DNA of 64,000 nucleotides, taken from positions 53,072,001 through 53,136,000 of the forward strand of contig NC_043002.1 of assembly GCF_006345805.1 (NCBI RefSeq), in the 5' to 3' direction. The stretch comes from Octopus sinensis. Its lineage: Eukaryota. The translations under genes were made by a program, and so were the position numbers. The notes below the pieces were generated by a model. It was not told where the DNA came from. It did not search any database and worked only from the letters and a program-made list of their open reading frames with translations. This document shows positions 38,566 to 51,622 of this stretch, one piece after another (the first letter of the stretch is position 1; the number at the start of each line of letters is the position of its first letter).

Positions 38566-38856
38566 ATATACATACAAACAAGCCCCTTTCAACTACTATC
38601 CCCTCACAAGATGTTGATTAATCCATGACTATAACAGTCCATCACCTAGCTACCTATAGTCAATATAAGCTGGTACACTTGACCATTGCACACAGTGGGA
38701 ACACAGTAGAATTGCTAGGTGTTCTGTTAACTTGGGTGGGGAGACCTTAGTGTAACCGCTCTTGTAAATATGACCAGAAGAAATTTTGAATTTCATATGT
38801 ATGCTAAAATATACTGCAGACAGAAAATAAATTTCCAACCAATTCTTTCTTTCCCT

Positions 38857-39305
38857 CATCATCATCATCATTGTTTAACGTCCACTTTCCATGCTAGCAT
38901 GGGTTGGATGATTTGATTGAGGACTGGCGAACCAGATGGCTGCACCAGGCTCCAATCTTGATCTAGCAGAGTTTCTACAGCTGGATGTCCTTCCTAACTC
39001 CAACCACTCCGAGAATGTAGTGGGTGCTTTCATGTGCCACCGGCATGAGGGCCAGTCAGGCGGTACTGGCAATGGCCACAAAAAATCGTTTTTTCTTTTT
39101 TTTATTTTACATGTCACTGGCACAAGTGCCAGTAAGGTGACGCTGGTAACGATCACACTCGAATGATGCTTTTTACATGCCACCGGCATGAATGCCAGTT
39201 AGTCGCTCTGGCAACAATCACGCTCGGATGGTGCTCTTAGTGCTTCACTAGCACAGATACCAGTCATCAAATTTGATTTCGATTTCGCTTGCCTCAACAG
39301 GCACA
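38857..39305 (-). mobile_element. Family B element, young, with tandem subrepeats
   Basis: (atc)n-gtttaacgtcc tail; CpGs largely intact. Confidence 0.9.
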
Positions 39306-39326
39306 TGTATATAAGATATATCCATA

Positions 39327-39547
39327 GTGGAGGCGCAATGGCCTAGTGGTTAGGGCAGCGGACTTGCGGTCGGAGGATCGCGGTTTCGATTCCCAGACCG
39401 GGCGTTGTGTGTGTTTATTGAGCGAAAACACCTAAAAGCTCCACGAGGCTCCGGCAGGAGGTGGTGATCCCTGCTGTACTCAAAAGGCGGTGCTCCAGCA
39501 TGGCCGCAGTCAAATGACTGAAACAAGTACAAAAAAAAAAAAAAAAA
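39327..39547 (+). mobile_element. Chimeric SINE: family E head fused to family A tail and poly(A)
   Basis: A box tggcctagtgg, B box ggtttcgattccc; at ~39481 switches to aaaggcggtgctccagcatggccgcagtcaaatgactgaaacaagta. Confidence 0.75.
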
Positions 39548-40778
39548 TATACACAAGAATACTCACACACACACAAAAAAAAAAAGAAGCTATTTTTGGT
39601 AATCCACAACCGCCATTACTGTTTCAAAACTGAATTAAATCTAGTTTCCTTTTCTTGTTTTCCTTAAACAAGTTATTAAAATGTCCTTAGTAAAGTAATA
39701 AAAATGTAAATGTATTTATCATTGAACTGAAAATAGCACATAAATGCTTAAGTAAAAAGAAGAAAAAAAAATGAAAACCAAAAGTAAAAGAACTACAATC
39801 TGGTGTATTTGTTAACTTGCTGAAAGCTGTGCAAAGAGTTTAAAACATTGAGTAGAAATGCGATGTTTCATTTGATATTTGGAGTAAGGTAGGAGAAGGG
39901 GGGGCGGCGTAAGAGTAGAAAACAACAAAAGTTATATATATGTGCAAACATTCAGCGAAACATAGAACACAGCCATCCACAACTTCTGTCAGATTGGGTA
40001 AGAGGTAATAAATTTAATCTAGAAGTCTTGAGAAGGAAGTTGCTTCAGATCTTATACTGCACAGTAAAGTATATGTGTATGTATGTACATATATATATAT
40101 ATATATATAAAGTCAAAACAGCTTCCACCAACATAAAATAGCGGGTAGGTAAGTAGGTTTTAAACATAGAGCAAAGCTATTTCTCTGACAAATGAAATAA
40201 ATGAAAGAATTTAATACACAAATGCAAACCAAGAATGAACTGACTTCTGCTATTCCGAATTCTGGCTGCTGGCCAAACAATAAGCCAATAAACTATGCTT
40301 TATTTTTATTTTCATTTTTCTTTATCCTCATCCCCACCCCCGTTCCCTCTAAGAACACTGGGGTTGTTTGTTTTTTTTTTTATGATGCTTCTGTTACGTC
40401 TTAGAACTGAACATAATGAGATCTCAGTAAATAACTAACCCAGAATCAGCTATCTCAGAACCTTGTCTCCAGATGTAGTGCTTCAATCCACTTATATTAC
40501 TCTCATTTCTCCAAGTCATTTCCGCTATTATAAATTTTGTTCAGATGTGGCTATGTCTTTAACTTATTAAAAAACGCTTGACCATTAACAACTTATTTGA
40601 ACAAAGAAGGAAGCCAAGTGCGATAAAATTAACTCAACTGGTCCTAAATTTATCCAACCAAGATGAAAGTTTAATTCCTAAAGAATGTAACCAAGACACA
40701 AAATGTAGAAGTAGCAATTTAAAGTAGAAAAATTTCATCAACTTACACTAATTCTACAATTCTGAAATCTACAAAATT

Positions 40779-41075
40779 ATCATCATCATTTAACATTTGC
40801 CTTCCATGCAGGTATGGGTTGGACAGTTTGACAGGCGCTGGCCAGCTAGAACACAACCCCAAGCTACTATGTGAGTATTGGCAGGGTTTTTATGGCTGGA
40901 TACCCTTCCTAACACCAACCACCCTATAGTGTGGACTGAGTGCTTTTTATGTGGTACCAGCACAGGCAAACTCAGTTTTGACGTGTTTTTTTACAGTTGG
41001 ATGCCCTTCCAAAGGCCAACCCCTTTTCAATGTGGACCGGATGCTTTTTATGTAGCAGCAGCACTGGCAGGGTCA
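40779..41075 (-). mobile_element. Family B element
   Basis: atcatcatcatttaacatttgcc...gatacccttcctaacacc. Confidence 0.75.
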
Positions 41076-42164
41076 CCTGAGATATTGATAAATAAGGTGG
41101 AACCAATTTTTGGTGTTTGATTCTCAGATTTTTATAATGTACTTTTACAGAGATTTCAATACTTTGAGAAATTACATCTTTTAGAGTCAGTTGTTGAATT
41201 ATTTAATTTTTTTCATTTTCTTTCTTTTTTGTTCATTTGGGTCTCTTTTCTTCAACTATTATGCTGAGTTTTCATGGATATTATATAAATTAAGGAAATG
41301 TCCCACCCTAACTCAATGTGCCCTCTTCATTCTTGCTTATCTGAGTGAGTGAACTACATTTATTGACAACTTTTTCAGAATATCCCTACAATTTAAAATA
41401 AGTGAACAATCACGTGTATTAATATCTAAATGTTATGTAGCCGACACATAAATGACAGCTTCGCTGAGGAGATTCAATAAGGCTAAAACATGCCCAGAGG
41501 AGTTGTCAATATGTCTTCGAAAGATTATATTTTATTCTGATGACATTGTATCATTTCAGGTTTTACAACATGCATCCTCAACCAGATGATTAAAATAAGA
41601 ATGGTGAAGCTTGAGCCTAAGTCCAAGTGTTATTCTACTGGTCCCACTACTCATTTCCTTTAAGCTAGAGCCATCTCGATGCTTTCCCATTGGCCTTTAC
41701 AATGTTCTCCATGGCTCTTCCACCCATTCTTGTAATGCCTAAAACTCCATATGTCCCGCTGAGAGAACAGCCTAAGACTTCTCAACTGCTCTCTTCTACT
41801 AGCAGACACCTGGTCCTCCATCCATCCATGCAACAATCCTCCACCAACCCTTGGAACTTTCTCTTTCTCTTATGCAACTCCTCCATCCTCTTCTCTCAGG
41901 AAACATTGACTATTTTTCATTTTAATCAACTGGGACAGTTGTACATCGATTCATTTCCAGAAGAATTTTCTTCTTTAATTTTGAATTATCATCTTTGCTT
42001 TTTTGCTTGGTGGATTGTCTATCTCTCCTGATACAGGAACAGTCATAAGTTTTTAAAGTTAATGGGATCACCACATGAAATGTATTAGCACTTAGTTTTC
42101 TACATACAATAAAAGACATGTAACAGATAAGGAGAATGATGATTTAAAATTTGACCCAAACCAA

Positions 42165-42443
42165 ATCGCTCCTCACATTAGTTTTGCAGGCTTGTGGGTG
42201 CTGGTACCACATAAAAACACCCATACTAGTGCTGCATATAAAGTGCCTGTGCTGGTGCTACATAAAAGCACCCAATACACTATCAAGTGATTGGTGTTAG
42301 GAAGGGCGTCCAGCCATAGAAACTATGCTGAAACAGACTTACTTTCTATGGAGCCCGGGCAGCTCTCCAGCTGACCATCTCCAGTCAAACTGTCCAACCT
42401 ATGCCAGCATGGAGAATGAATGCTAAATGATGATGATGATGAC
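42165..42443 (+). mobile_element. Family B element
   Basis: gttaggaagggcgtccagcc...aatgctaaatgatgatgatg. Confidence 0.8.
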
Positions 42444-44689
42444 TGTTATGATTAGAATGCTTGCTCCAAGGTATTTAATTGGTTATGTGCCTATCATATG
42501 GTTAACTATGGTTTAGTACATCACAGGAGACTACAACTACTTCACATCAACGATAACTTAAATAGGAACAGCAATATCCTTCCATAGAAAACAACAGCTG
42601 AATAATTCAATAATTTCCTGCAGTCTTAAAGAAAGGAAAGCTAAACAGAGTAACTTTTTATTATTTTTTTTAGTTGATGATATATCATTTTAACATCTTT
42701 AAAGCTTTAGCTGAGATATCACAAGGACCATTTCAGACAGGCAGAAGTTAAGTATTGTTGAGTTATACTTAAAATATATTTGAAAAAACACCTGGAAAGA
42801 ATTAGTTAATAAGTTCATATGTTGTACAGAAGATAAATGAACTTGCATATTAGGATTAAAAATATTATAACAAATCAGCTAAATATAATTCATAAATGTA
42901 ATTTAAGCTTTCATTTATTTGATGTTTCATATTTAATCAAATCATATTTTGAATTTTTTAGTTTTAAATTTCTTATTAGATTTTCACATCTTGATTTGAT
43001 AAATTAAAAGCTTACACTAAAAGAATAATCGAAAATGTGTATCTTGAAAGGTAAGATTGAATTATTTACATTTTATCAATATTATAACATGACTTAACAT
43101 ATGAAAGACCATTTGAAAAACATGACTGGCATCAAAAGAAATCAGTGTTCAACGAATGAAAAGATTACATTATATTCTGGAAAAAATTACTTTACATGAA
43201 GGAAAAGCCAATCTTTAGAACTCGCAATATTTAATAATGGGTACATTCAAGCTAATATGGGTAAACAGCTCAAATGGTTAAAAGTCTTCAAGATTTAGAT
43301 TAAGAACTACAATGCTCTGAAGTAGATTGCAGAAGTGGGGCATGGATCATAGCACATTCAGTCTTAGATTGGAAAATAGCAATAAATGAGTACACTTGTT
43401 CTGTTTCAATTCCTGAAGGATGGGTTTTGGAAGCAGAAACATAAGCAGACAAAACAGAGAATTAAAATAAAAAAATGCAGTTCTTAGAAAGAAGAATAAA
43501 TGGAAAGTGTTTTATATGAGGTAACATACATAAGACTGAAATGATGTTGAAGAGAAAGAGAGGAAGTAATAACAAGTGGCTCGCATAATGCATAAAGTTT
43601 AATTTTCAAAATATAGATAATTACAACCAATAATAGTTTATAATTAAATATTGTCTTCTTTTGGCAACACTATACATTATAGGATTAATTTGGGATGGTG
43701 CTCATTCAGCAAGCTTGTAGGATATAAAACAATTATCAGTATAAGAAGAGAAACAACAACAAAAAAAAAATGGATCTGTTGATAGTAGACCAATGAAAGT
43801 TAACATCATAAGGATTAGAAAGCATAGTAATAGTAGTCAACTGAAATAGTGGTCCGAACAATAACACTAATGCTCCAACAAGATACTGTTGCAAACCAAG
43901 TTTTCTTGCAATGATTGAAGAAATAAAATACATTGTGAAAAGCTTCCCAGTGACTTCTGCAAGTCACTGTGAGTATTTGAACACATTTGTTCAAGTTAAT
44001 TAAACACAAAATACTGTTGTTTCTCTGCTTTTGCTGCTACTGCCTTTCAGGCAACCACCTACAGCTGTGCAAAATTGGCTCTGAAAGTCCAGAATCTTGA
44101 CCATGGACACAAGGCAGCAACAGTGTTAGGATATGAACTGTCAGTCTTACTGTTTTAATATACATTTTTTTGCTCCGTTCACAGTCTGTCTATTAGTATA
44201 TTTTATAGAGTCAGACAAAGACAACAGAGAAAGGGAAGGGATTATTTTTCTGTTGTTATGTTTACTTAATGAGTAACATCGAGGCAAGCAATTCAAAACA
44301 ATTTTCTATTCTTTATTTTCCTTTACTGTCATCCATCATTACTGCTGGCTGCAATCCCTCTCTCACGTATTATCCTTTCCTTGATCACTCTTTGTTGACA
44401 TACATCATTCTCCATCACTTTCATTACTCCCCTCTTTCATCTCTGTCTCTTTCTCCTTACCAACAGCTAACAAACAAGCAGCTACCTATCATTGTCCCTC
44501 TTCCAATACTAAATCTCCCAACAGCCCGTACTCCTATCACTTTGACTCCGTTGTCATAGATACTCACTCATTCACACACTTGATCATCAATCTATACCTC
44601 TATTCCACATCTCAGTCACATTTATCTTGAACAAATGAAGACAACACAGAATAGAAAAGGACTCTAATCTTGTAAAGAACACAGCAACC

Positions 44690-44935
44690 TCTCTAATGTT
44701 GGTGCCACAATGAAATAGACCATTTCATATGATAAAGTAGTTGCAATTATAAAGGGCAACGAGAAGCATAAGCCATTCTGAAATACAATAAACATGTGGA
44801 ATATGATGCTTCAACCGATCTAGAAGCACTCTAGCTCCAAATAAGAACTGAATCAGCTAGTGATGAGCCACCTAACCCATACCAGCATGTAAAACAGACG
44901 TAACATAAAGATCATGACAATGATGATGATGACTG
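44690..44935 (+). mobile_element. Family B element, old
   Basis: Degenerate core, acccataccagcatg, (gat)n tail. Confidence 0.6.
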
Positions 44936-45830
44936 CTAATGCAAATAAATCTATTCAGTTTAACTGACAACTGAATAACAACGGCAAATGTAATTAAATA
45001 GTAAATACATTGCATTTAACGCAAACATTTTCTTGAAAATCAAATTGCACACAAATGTTATATGCTTATATGAGCATACATACACACTTTAGCCCCAGGT
45101 CAACCATGGTTAATTGAATTTATGATCAAAAATGTCACAGAAGTGACCACCTTTTTTTGTTTTTGTTCTTCTAGATGCAGTTGATGTGATTACATTAATT
45201 AAAGTGCCTGTTCTTCTTTTTTCTTTTGCTTTTTTTTTTTCTTAAGAAAAAGTGTAATTTGAGAGAGATTTGGCTACTAATTCTAATCAGTCAATCAACT
45301 ATGCTGATGTTCCCTTGTCGGCACACTGTCTATTTGAAACCAACTGAAAGCAACTACAAAGATATATAATTAAATAAATACTGCTATGCTATTTACCATG
45401 TCAAGTAGTCAGCAGTTTTTACTAAGCTCCAGAGACGTAGCATTCTAGTTAGTTATTGCAACAATTGAAGAGTTTTTAAAGATTTCCTTCAAAACCTTCA
45501 AAAAAGATGTCAAAATCATGTTAAGTATATTGTAATCAAACTTGAGAATAAAATAAAATAAAACACATCAATTGCTGCTATAATTGCTTCAGTTATCAGC
45601 AGGTTTAAAGTAGCGAAGAGAAAGCATTTTAATGTTATCAGCAAAGTGGAAGACTTTATGCTAAATTAAAGCTGAACTAAAATGTCTATATAGGTCTTCT
45701 TAAGAAGCACTACATATTTAATTCTTGCTGTCATTTGCAAATGAATAGGTAAAAAAAGAGAAAAGCAAAATAAAAGAAAACAGAAAGAAAACTACTACTA
45801 CTACTAATAATAATAATAATAATAATAATA

Positions 45831-46388
45831 ACTGCTCTGATGCAGTACCAGACAGTGGCTCTCGTGGCTTCTGATCTTAACTGATTGGAAGTGTTATCAT
45901 GTACATTGTTTTGTCTTGGTATAAAAGATGGGCTACAGCAAATATTCTGCTCAATATGACAGATTTGCTTGTCAGTTGTTTGACCTTAACCAATTGACCA
46001 TGTCTCTTAGTGGCTGACGATATGTGCATCTCTGATCACAAGTAGAAGTAGTGGGAGAGTATCATAGTCATGTGTTGAAAGGAATTCTTGGAGGTTTGGA
46101 TAATTCACCTTTGGAAACATGGGTGGTTCATTCAACATCCTTAAACAATCCTTATTCAGAGACCTTTTGAGCAGGATGGGCTACTTGATCACAAGAAAAT
46201 TCTAACTGGGCCCCACCTGCAAGGTCATGCGCTATTTATCTTGATATGAGATCACCATGTTGCACACATATGGTTGTGATGCATGTGCTTAGTGTACTCT
46301 TATCAGATGCATAGTCATGATGGGTATACTGGGCTTCGTATATTTTACCCCAGTGTCACTTTGATGGCATGCACTGCTCTCTCACTCA
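45831..46388. mobile_element. ~560-bp interspersed element inserted in a (TAA)n microsatellite
   Basis: More GC-rich than its flanks, with TAA repeats on both sides; resembles a repeat I recall from octopus sequence; no ORF. Confidence 0.65.
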
Positions 46389-46664
46389 ATAATAATGATA
46401 ATGATAATTTTGCTAACTAGTTTTTAGTTTATTAAAGAAAGAAAGAAGGTTAAAAAAAACTAATGCAAATTTAATATAATGTATCATCATGTTTGTTATA
46501 TTAAATGATGCAAAGTCAAAAGAAATAAAGATAAGATGACAGCAAGGCCATCAACACATACATAGATATATACATACACTTAACTAGGAGTTTAAATTAT
46601 TACTGTCGTTCTAGCCCCACTAAAACCCACAAACTCTAAAACTATTCAAGGAAGATTCTTTCAA

Positions 46665-46855
46665 TCTTTTTAGGGGATGGGGTAAGTCAATTACATTGAC
46701 CCCAGAGCTCAACCAGTTCTTATTTTATAGACCATGAAACGATGAAAGGCAAAGTCAACCTCAGTGGAATTTGAGCTCAGAACATAGAAGGTGGACAAAA
46801 TGCATGTTAAACATGTTGCTCAGTGTGCTAAAGCTTCAGCCAGCTCGCTGCCTTT
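46665..46855 (-). mobile_element. SINE family C
   Basis: gatgaaaggcaaagtcaacctc...gccagctcgctgcc. Confidence 0.8.
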
Positions 46856-47093
46856 CTTTGAACTAATATTATATGGAAGAGATATTCACTAAACAATATA
46901 ACCAGTTTTAGGATTAGAATTGGTAAAACTGAAGAGAGAGAGAGAGAAATCATGACTTGCAAAGTTTAAAGAAAGAGAAAGTGTAACAAAGCTTGTTTAC
47001 TGAAATTAACAAAGCGATTATCATTCTCAGACAGCGTCTAAGAATTATAAAATCAGCAGTATTTAATTTTAGTACAGTTAAGTTCACAGGCTT

Positions 47094-47127
<34 letters not shown>

Positions 47128-47149
47128 ATGTGTGTGCGTATGTGCATTT

Positions 47150-47525
47150 GCAGGTGCTGGCATGGCTGTGTGGTTACAAAGCTTGTTTTGCAACCATATG
47201 GTTTCAGGTTCAGTCTCACTTCACAACACTTAAGGCAAGTGTCTTCTACTATAGGCTACAGGCAAACCAATGCCTTGTGAGTAAATTTGGCAGATAGAAA
47301 CTGCATGGAAGCCTGGTGTGTGTGTGTGTGTGTATGCGTGCATGTCCCCATCTCAACTGAGTGACAATTGGTATCAATTTGTTTACATCCCCATAATTTA
47401 GCTGGTCAGTAAAAGAGACTACTAAAATAAGCACCAAACATGAAAAAATATATATACTGGTATCAATTTGTGCAATTAAACTCTATAAGGCAGTGCAATG
47501 ACTGAAACAAGTGAAAAGCAATAAA
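47150..47525 (+). mobile_element. SINE family A
   Basis: Head, core and tail recognisable. Confidence 0.8.
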
Positions 47526-48657
47526 ATATATTAAAAAAAAAACGAGATACTCAGCCTACTATTTTTGTGGTCACAATCAATTGATCATTAACAAATAAGC
47601 ACATACACACCAATTAGATTAGATAATTGAATTTCAGAATACAATTTTCATTTCTTATTATAAATATTTGGAATGAAAACATTTATTCTTCCCATAACAA
47701 TTTTTGTTATACTGTCATGGAAAATAGCTGGACTAAAATATAATGATGGAATATAATTTGAATTCAGACCACTATAGAAAGCTAGTACACTTCAATTGTT
47801 TTCTGAAAGGAAACCTAAACAACACAATTAGCATGGAAACAAAACCTTAACTAAATAAAAATCCAGAGAAAGATGCAGAGAGAAAAGGAGAGAGAGAGAG
47901 ATTCAATAAAAAGAGTTAACAACACAAAAAAAATATATATTATCTATATATATTTCATTTTACTTGTACTTTCTCCATAATTAACTCATGAATGAAGGCA
48001 GAAATTTAATTTAAGAAATCAACAGTTAGTAATCTGTAATTGTTAGGTCAGGATAGAATATCAATGCTACGTAATAATAGCTTGTAAAAGAAACAATTAA
48101 ATATCTGATTTTATTTCAAGGGAAGATATCTATTATTTCTTGTTCTAAACAGAAAAACAGACAAGAAGAGCAAGTAGTAAAAGTAATGTGGAAGACAGAT
48201 TTTAGAATAACTAAATAGATAAGGAAACTAGCATGAGATGACAAGAAATAAACGGTAGACACTCCCCCCCTCTCTCTCTTTTGAGATTGTACCCAGATAT
48301 CTAAAAGTGACAATGTAAGAATCAAGAACTGGCTAATAAGGTCTTGTGTTAATTTGATTTTTATCTGTATACTGGCAGCCTAGTTAAGACAAGTGGTAAC
48401 AGAGTCAATGAGGGAGCTTCTGCGTGGTTTTTAGACTTGCAAGAAATAGCAGTAATAACTCTTTTAAACTCTACCCTGCCATATCAGAAAGAAAAGGAAA
48501 TAATGTAATCCTAAAATGCCCATGAAAAAGACAGGATGGTTACAACTGGAGTTGACTCAGGATTAAGCAACACAACAAAGGCATAAAATAATAAAATCAA
48601 AGCAGTGCCCTAGCATGGCCACAGTCTAATGACTGAGACAAGAGATAAAATATGCCG

Positions 48658-49098
48658 GTGGCACTTAAAAAGTACCATCTGTATGTGGCTGATGCCAGCG
48701 CTGTCTTGACTGGCTTCTGTGTCAGTGGCACGTAGAAACCACCAACTGATCATGGCCGTTGCCAGCACCCCCTGGTTCCTGTGCCAGTGGCATGTAAAAA
48801 GCAACATCCATTTGTGGTCGATGCTAGCACCACCTTGACTAGCTTCCGTGCCGGTGGCACGTAAAAAGCACCAACCGATCGTGGCTGTTGCCAGCCTCCC
48901 CTAGCACCTGTGCCGGTGGCATGTAAAAAGCACCCACTACACTCATGGAGTGGTTGGCGTTAGGAAGGGCATCCAGCTGTAGAAACACTGCCAGATCATA
49001 CTGGAGCCTGGTGCAGCCTCCTGGCTTCCCAGACCCCAGTCGAACCATCCAACCCATGCTAGCATGGAAAACAGACGTTAAACGATGATGATGATGAT
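48658..49098 (+). mobile_element. Family B element with an alternating 67/62-bp array
   Basis: gtggca unit starts at 48658, 48725, 48787, 48854, 48916; tail acagacgttaaac(gat)n. Confidence 0.9.
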
Positions 49099-49359
49099 AT
49101 ATCGACCATATTACCATGTGCATCCTAGTTTTAGAACAGTTACACTAATGAAGAGACTGAGATTCTGGAAGATTCAAGCAAGGTGATATTTTGATATCAT
49201 GGTTTTAACATCCACATTTCCATGCTTGCATGGGTCAGGAAGAATTTAATGAGAATTTTCTATGGTCAGATGCCCTTGCCGTCATCAACCCTCACCTGTT
49301 TCCTTGTAGCCATGTGTTTGGGAAGCAACCACATAGCCATGCCTGTGGCTGTATCATCA

Positions 49360-49652
49360 ATTACAATTAGGGTAAAATAATTTAAATTACTCTTGCAAAA
49401 TGAGAAACAATATTCCTCAAAGGTGGCAAGTTGGCAGAAACGTTAGCACACTGGGCGAAATGCTTAGCAGTATTTCGTCTGCTGCTCCGCTCTGAGTTCA
49501 AATTCCGCCGAAGTCAACTTTGCTTTTCATCCTTTCGGAGTCGATAAATTAAGTACCAGTTACGCACTGGGGTCGATGTAATCGACTTAATACCTTTGCC
49601 TGTCCTTGTTTGTCCCCTCTATGTTTAGCCCCTTGTGGGCAATAAAGAAATA
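49360..49652 (+). mobile_element. SINE family C, full length
   Basis: Matches 13688; gaaacaatattc occurs on both flanks (probable target-site duplication). Confidence 0.9.
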
Positions 49653-49882
49653 AGAAACAATATTCTTCAAATTACTAAAGTATGAAAGATTTAGCTTCAT
49701 AAATGGCATTGCAATAACAACTGAGAAGATTTATACTCTAAGAATCTTAAAAAGAAGTTTTAACACTGCCTGAATTACCAAGAAACTATGATGCGACCAC
49801 ACTCACTACAAGTATCAAAATTTAACTTGGCAGAGATCCAATGAAGAAGCCAGTGTGAGAGACTCTACACAGAAAGCCTCTA

Positions 49883-50282
49883 TAGGTGCAGCATTGCTGT
49901 GTGATTAAGAAGCTTGCATTGCAACCACACAGTTTTAGGTTCAGTTCTACTCTGCAGCAGTGTCTTGGGAAAGTGTCCTCTATTATAGCTCCAGATTGGT
50001 AAATGCACTGTGAGTGAATTTAGTAGGTATGGCAGCTCATCACATATGTGTGTGTATGCGCATGCATATGTGTGTGTGTCTGTGTCCTCCCACTCCCACC
50101 ACCACATCACAACTGGCGCTAGTTTGGTAAGTCTCAGTAACCTAGCAGTTCAACAAAAGAGACTAATAAAATAAGTACCAAACTTGAAATATAAGTACTG
50201 GGGTTAATTTGTTTGACTAAAACCTTCAAAATAGTGCTCCAGCATCATGACCATAGTCCAATGACTGAAACAAATAAAAGAT
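49883..50282 (+). mobile_element. SINE family A, older copy
   Basis: Head, core and tail recognisable. Confidence 0.8.
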
Positions 50283-50483
50283 AGTCACTCTGCTTGTTAA
50301 ATATAGCAGAGAAATGTCACTCAAACTGTGTCCAAAATGTACAACACAGTGGTACACTGGATAATGTAGTTTGAGGTATTACTAAACCTGAGAAAAAAAA
50401 TGGGATGTTCATGACTTGAATGAGCCTTTCATTATTTATAAGTTTGCTTGATCAAAGTTGACTGGGGACAAAATAAAAACAAG

Positions 50484-50738
50484 AAATTTAGTGTGGTGAT
50501 CCATCTTCACCAAGACTCAGACACTCGTAGAAAATGTGTAAAATCACCAAACTGATTCAAACATTACAGAAACTGTCATACAGTATCAGACTTCAGGTGT
50601 TTACATTCTGAGAATCCAAAAGCAACAAATTTAGTTTGATCCATTTTCATCAAGAATCAGATACTAGTAGAAAATGTGTAAAGTCATGAGAAATTATCAT
50701 ACCGCACCAGACTTAAAATGGTTACATTCTGAGAATCC
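50484..50738. repeat. Diverged two-unit tandem duplication (134 and 112 bp)
   Basis: Shared gtagaaaatgtgtaaa and ttacattctgagaatcc anchors; ~22-nt indel. Confidence 0.85.
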
Positions 50739-51240
50739 TTCATATTCAGCAGATGAGAAAATGAAATAATATGCCTACAAATAATGTGATGCAAAGTCAA
50801 TTTAGAAGACATAAAATCCTGTAATTTCCATGAATCAGCAATGAGAAAACCATTTCCCTGAGCTGCACAAGAAATTAAATAAGTTAAGAAAAACGAAAAG
50901 GAAAAAAAATGCAAGCCTTCCCACACAGAATATTTAAGTAAAAAAAAAAAGCTATATTGGTTAATAAGATCATTTCTCCATTTCTGAATATGTGCTTTTG
51001 ATCAGAATGCTGTCCAAAAATGATATTCAAAAGCAAAGACAAAAATTTAACCAGGGACCTTTACAACCGTGTCTGATGTGCTAACTATATAACAAGATAT
51101 TAAAAAAGTGTTCCAGGTTCAGTTTCTGTCCTAGTTTACAAAGTATCTCCTGAATATGATTGGAAAGAATATCAATTGAAACATTGCATCAGCAACATAT
51201 CTGAGGATGACAAAATAGTTTGAAAAGTAGATGTTCTCTT

Positions 51241-51622
51241 AGTCTTTTACTAGTTTCAGTCACTGGACTATAGCTATGGTACAGGCTTGAATGGTTGAAG
51301 TCAATTACATTGACCCAAGTACTTATTCTCAAAGTTTCATATTTTATCACTCTCTTTTTGTCAAATTGCTAGGTTATGGGGATATAAACAAATAAACACT
51401 GGTTGCCAAGTAGCAAAAGACTAACATAAATACAATGATGTTTGAACACACACGTATATGACAAGCATCCTCAGTTTTCATCTATGAATTTACTGGTCTG
51501 TCCAAAGCACTCGGAATATTCAAGGCATTTAGAAAACACTTGCTCAAAGTGCCAAGCAAAGAAACTGAACCCAAAATCATATGGTTTCAAAGTAAACTTC
51601 TTAACCACACGACCATGCCTGT
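51241..51622 (-). mobile_element. SINE family A
   Basis: tttcagtcactggact...actgaacccaaaatcatatgg...accatgcctgta. Confidence 0.75.

Noticed and set aside
39949-39990. 42-nt exon-like segment cag|...gattgg|gtaaga (RNIEHSHPQLLSDW)
   Set aside because: Poor polypyrimidine tract; no homologue near the other inverted copy; unsupported
41600-41900. Purine-rich minus-strand stretch suggesting a LINE remnant, and the 113-aa + ORF
   Set aside because: No diagnostic motif could be aligned
42980-43030. Strong donor gaaag|gtaaga preceded by FDKLKAYTKRIIENVYLE
   Set aside because: In-frame TGA after the good acceptor; the alternative acceptor is poor
43948-43969. Short perfect hairpins of 8-9 bp (also 23473-23494, 58239-58259)
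   Set aside because: Expected by chance in 64 kb of AT-rich DNA
44051-44158. Good + strand acceptor followed by a 35-codon open frame
   Set aside because: No recognisable product, partner exon or other support
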